In this document: piece after piece, positions 29,204-32,000 of the stretch
Position numbering within the stretch: the first letter of the stretch is position 1
How the letters are laid out: each line of letters opens with the position of its first letter
Source of the DNA: Candidatus Harpocratesius repetitus
GTDB lineage: Archaea; Asgardarchaeota; Lokiarchaeia; Sigyniarchaeales; Promethearchaeaceae
Assembly (NCBI GenBank): GCA_021498095.1
Contig: JAIZWK010000001.1
Location: 3,840,001 to 3,872,000 of the forward strand
Length of the DNA: 32,000 nucleotides
Direction of reading: 5' to 3'
Notes under the pieces: model-generated
What the model was told of the DNA's origin: nothing
The model's input: the letters and a program-made list of their open reading frames with translations, nothing else
Database searches by the model: none
Translations under genes and position numbers: made by a program

Positions 29204-29497
29204 ATGGTTTGGATGACTCAACAACAAAAACAAGAACGAGACGATAAAATTCGTGAATTTATCGCTGAAGGTATGACGGTTGCTCAAATAGTTAAAGCTG
29301 TCGGGTGTTCAAATTCAACAGTTTTACGTTTAACTCCCAAAAAACATAATAAAAATATGAGCAATATTACTGATGAAAAATATAAAAAATTATTGCAAGG
29401 AATGTTTGATTTTTTTGTTAAAAATAGAGATAATTTAGACTTTGATGAAAAAGATATAGAACTAATAAAAAAAGTGCAGGAGGTTTTGAATCAATGA
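29204..29497 (+). CDS. Small HTH DNA-binding protein
   Basis: KIREFIAEGMTVAQIVKAVGCSNSTVLRL is a classic HTH. Confidence 0.75.
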   Translation: MVWMTQQQKQERDDKIREFIAEGMTVAQIVKAVGCSNSTVLRLTPKKHNKNMSNITDEKYKKLLQGMFDFFVKNRDNLDFDEKDIELIKKVQEVLNQ

Positions 29498-29604
29498 GCG
29501 ATTTTGACTTGGCAAATTATTTAACAAATAAAATGAAGAAAGAAAAATCAACAAAAACTATTCAGAAGCATCCAAAATTAAACGAAAAATCAAATAAGGT
29601 ATAA
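29494..29604 (+). CDS. 36-aa micro-ORF (MSDFDLANYLTNKMKKEKSTKTIQKHPKLNEKSNKV)
   Basis: ATGA overlap with the HTH gene stop. It may be a frameshift-truncated longer gene. Confidence 0.4.
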   Translation: MSDFDLANYLTNKMKKEKSTKTIQKHPKLNEKSNKV

Positions 29605-29729
29605 AAAACTGTGAAAAAAAACGTGCAAAGAAATTGAAGTCTCGAAGCTCTAAAACTAAATCCTTCTCAAAAACTTTGGATTTAGATCGGGGGATGTACA
29701 AGTTATTAACCAATACTGGAGATTAGAAA

Positions 29730-29831
29730 ATGAGTAAATCCGAATTAGAATCTGAAATTGCTATGAAATTGACCGATCCCACCGCATTAGCTACAATGTT
29801 GAAAAATCTCGCTTCTTATCTTGAGGGATGA
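29730..29831 (+). CDS. 33-aa micro-ORF (MSKSELESEIAMKLTDPTALATMLKNLASYLEG)
   Basis: Hand-translated; ATG start and amphipathic helical composition. Confidence 0.4.
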   Translation: MSKSELESEIAMKLTDPTALATMLKNLASYLEG

Positions 29832-29884
29832 TAGAAGATTTCAAAATCAAAAATCTTATTATTTAAACACAATTATGCTTAAAA

Positions 29885-30493
29885 ATGAAATTAAAAATAA
29901 AAAACATAATAATAGGTTTAGTTATTTTCTTTTTTATATTTGGAATTGCATTATCTTATTATATCGTTGAAGATAATCTAAAAAATGCTTTATTTTTACT
30001 TCTTATAGAACTTTCTCTTGTTGTAATATCATTTTTGGTAAATATTGCATTTAATAATGGAATTAAAATAAAAAAACTAAAAAATATAAACGTTGAAGTC
30101 AAAATACATTGGGCTGATTTGAATATGAATAGACCAGTAAATAATTTTGAGCAAGGATTAGCTATAATTATTAAAAATATTGGAGAAACACCTGTAATCA
30201 TCTCGAACTGTGGAATTTCTGTCACAGGACAAAGAAATGAGATATATTTCAGAAATGTAAGTCCAATTAAATTACCATTTAGATTATTAGAAGGGGAAAT
30301 ACTTACTTTAATGGGGAGATTCGCAGATTTGAATAATTTTCTAAATCATAAAAAATTATTTAATGAAACCGTTCATGTAAAAGGATTTATTTTTACTGAT
30401 TTTGGGGAAAAAATCACTACTAGTAATTCCTTGGAATATAATGCTGAAGAAATTCAGAGAATGCATTTAAATGGTAGTGAAATAAACAATTAA
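29885..30493 (+). CDS. 2-TM membrane protein with C-terminal beta-sandwich (Ig-like) domain
   Basis: Two N-terminal hydrophobic helices, then IIIKNIGETPVIISNCGI...LPFRLLEGE...VKGFIFTD. Confidence 0.7.
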   Translation: MKLKIKNIIIGLVIFFFIFGIALSYYIVEDNLKNALFLLLIELSLVVISFLVNIAFNNGIKIKKLKNINVEVKIHWADLNMNRPVNNFEQGLAIIIKNIGETPVIISNCGISVTGQRNEIYFRNVSPIKLPFRLLEGEILTLMGRFADLNNFLNHKKLFNETVHVKGFIFTDFGEKITTSNSLEYNAEEIQRMHLNGSEINN

Positions 30494-30689
30494 AGATTTT
30501 TTTTCGTATTTCTGTGGGAATCGAACCAAAATCATGATTTCCGTGCATGATATAATCATCTTCAATGCGAATTTGCTCGTCATCATCCTCAATTTCTAAA
30601 ATCACATAAATATCAATGAGTTGGATAAATTTCTTCAGATCCGGGGATTTGATACATGAGAGATCAAGAGGGATCTTGACTTCTTTCAT
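30420..30689 (-). CDS. Possible small acidic hypothetical protein
   Basis: ATG at 30689 (MKEVKIPL), 74 nt downstream of the Schlafen gene. The 3' end overlaps the convergent gene by 74 nt. Confidence 0.35.
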   Translation of the reverse strand: MKEVKIPLDLSCIKSPDLKKFIQLIDIYVILEIEDDDEQIRIEDDYIMHGNHDFGSIPTEIRKKIFNCLFHYHLNAFSEFLQHYIPRNY

Positions 30690-30762
30690 GGAATGAAAAT
30701 AGGATGACAGTTCAAAAATGGGGATGTGATCGGGGAAGTATAATAAAAAAACAAATAGAATT

Positions 30763-31710
30763 TCATTTCCATTCTTGAAGTTCAATAAGATCTGAATAGA
30801 ACATCTCTTCATTTGACCTAAAATATGCTTTAACTTTTAGAGGAAATGTGTATCCATTTTCTTTCGAAAGTTCATCAAATTTTTTTCTAATAATATATGC
30901 TGAACAAGATTCTCCATCATTTAGTGTTTTTGGTAAATCCGTTCCCAATATTTTCTGTGGATTTTCCATTTCTAACATATTTTCAGTAAATCCATCATAA
31001 AATAATTTACCAGAAGTAATCCCTTTTGGCGGTGCGATTGTTATTTTAATTTTTTCATCTTCATGCATTATTCCATATTCTTGTATAATTATTGGTCTTG
31101 TGCTAATGTTTACTGCTTGTATTGAAATGATCGCTTCCTTAGTAATCGTTGGTGCTAATGTTACTGGATTCAATGAAACTTTCAATTTTTTTTTCTCAAC
31201 ACCACCTTTCGAAAGAATGATTTCTTCTATATCTTCAATTTTTAACCTACGTTTAGATCCGTCCATACGAACCCAAAATTCATAAGTTAGAAAATTAGGT
31301 GCTGATGGATTATCCCCTTGTCGAATTCCGTAAATTCCATTCTCTTTAGGTATTATTTTTATTGCTACAACATATTTTCCATTTGAAAGTGGAATTGGCT
31401 TAAATATTGGAAAGGGACTTAATATTGGATCAATTTTTTTTGGTAAAACATCATTCAATATCGTTTTTATCGCATCAACCTTAGTCTTTTCAATTCCAAT
31501 TACTTTTATCGGTGAATCTTGAATCCCAAAAAATAAAAATCCAACCAATGATCCATTTGCAAATGCAATAATATCACTTCTTAACTCATTTACATCGTTA
31601 TGAAAATCAATTTTATATTCAATTTGAAATGATTCAAAATTCATAGGATCAGCTTCAATTTTCATTAGTAATGCTTCATCTAATTCGTCAAAACTTGGAA
31701 TGGAAGACAT
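30763..31710 (-). CDS. Schlafen/AlbA_2 nuclease domain fused to C-terminal beta-sandwich (Ig-like) domain
   Basis: ESFQIEYK...DIIAFANG..GFLFFGIQD...IGI and YEFWVRMDGSKRRL are AlbA_2 motifs. The C-terminus reads IQAVNISTRPIIIQEYGI...LPKTLNDGE. Confidence 0.85.
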   Translation of the reverse strand: MSSIPSFDELDEALLMKIEADPMNFESFQIEYKIDFHNDVNELRSDIIAFANGSLVGFLFFGIQDSPIKVIGIEKTKVDAIKTILNDVLPKKIDPILSPFPIFKPIPLSNGKYVVAIKIIPKENGIYGIRQGDNPSAPNFLTYEFWVRMDGSKRRLKIEDIEEIILSKGGVEKKKLKVSLNPVTLAPTITKEAIISIQAVNISTRPIIIQEYGIMHEDEKIKITIAPPKGITSGKLFYDGFTENMLEMENPQKILGTDLPKTLNDGESCSAYIIRKKFDELSKENGYTFPLKVKAYFRSNEEMFYSDLIELQEWK

Positions 31711-32000
31711 GTATGATTGAATCAAATTAAATTTTTATTATTTATCACCTTATTAAATTTTTAAAATTTGATTTAGGACTATTTTTTGATTAATAATGAA
31801 ATTTAATCATTAATATTTCTTATTGAAGCTAAAGAGATATTACTCCGATTTAATGAAAAATTTAACAGATTAGAAAAAAACTTATTTATTAATTATTAAA
31901 AAAATAAATCCACAAAAACTCAAGTATAATTGAAGTTTACAAGAAAAGAAAAAGATGTTCAATATGAACAGAAATCTAATCTCCCTGATTCTCGCATAAT

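Larger units (their letters stand above)
8200..32000. mobile_element. Integrated mobile element (integrase + primase-helicase + iteron origin + defence cargo); boundaries approximate, probably extends past the window
   Basis: Housekeeping genes stop abruptly after guaA. They are followed by a tyrosine integrase, primase-helicase, iteron array, serine recombinase, nucleases and pseudogenes. No att duplication was found. Confidence 0.85.

Noticed and set aside
30514-30528. tRNA T-loop-like motif (GGTTCGATTCCCAC on the minus strand) as a tRNA or att remnant
   Set aside because: The T-stem pairs for only 2 bp, there is no acceptor or anticodon arm, and it lies inside an open frame (DFGSIPT).

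Overview
The window has two parts. Positions 1-~8.1 kb are chromosomal housekeeping DNA, most likely from an Asgard (Lokiarchaeia-like) archaeon; this is inferred from Rpo6, a Rab-like GTPase and a multi-TM/longin-like protein. This part carries rpoK, a DedA/TVP38 protein, a GNAT, a Rab-like GTPase, a CWH43-like multi-TM EEP protein, a membrane protein and single-chain guaA. From ~8.2 kb to the window end lies an integrated mobile element. Its core is an atypical tyrosine integrase, several unannotated micro-ORFs (one RHH-like), and a 1272-aa DnaG-type primase fused to a P-loop helicase and winged helix. Directly after the primase-helicase is a ~460-bp dyad-symmetric array of 15 GTTGATC/GATCAAC iterons around an AT-rich core, a candidate replication origin laid out like SaPI/PICI origins. 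The very AT-rich cargo is rich in defence-like genes: a serine recombinase operon, two PD-(D/E)xK nucleases, a decayed AbiTii-REase gene, an ApeA-like HEPN protein, and a Schlafen (AlbA_2) protein facing a membrane protein with which it shares a beta-sandwich domain. No capsid, terminase or conjugation genes and no att sites were seen, and the right end is probably outside the window. All family calls come from motif recognition by eye; no searches were run.
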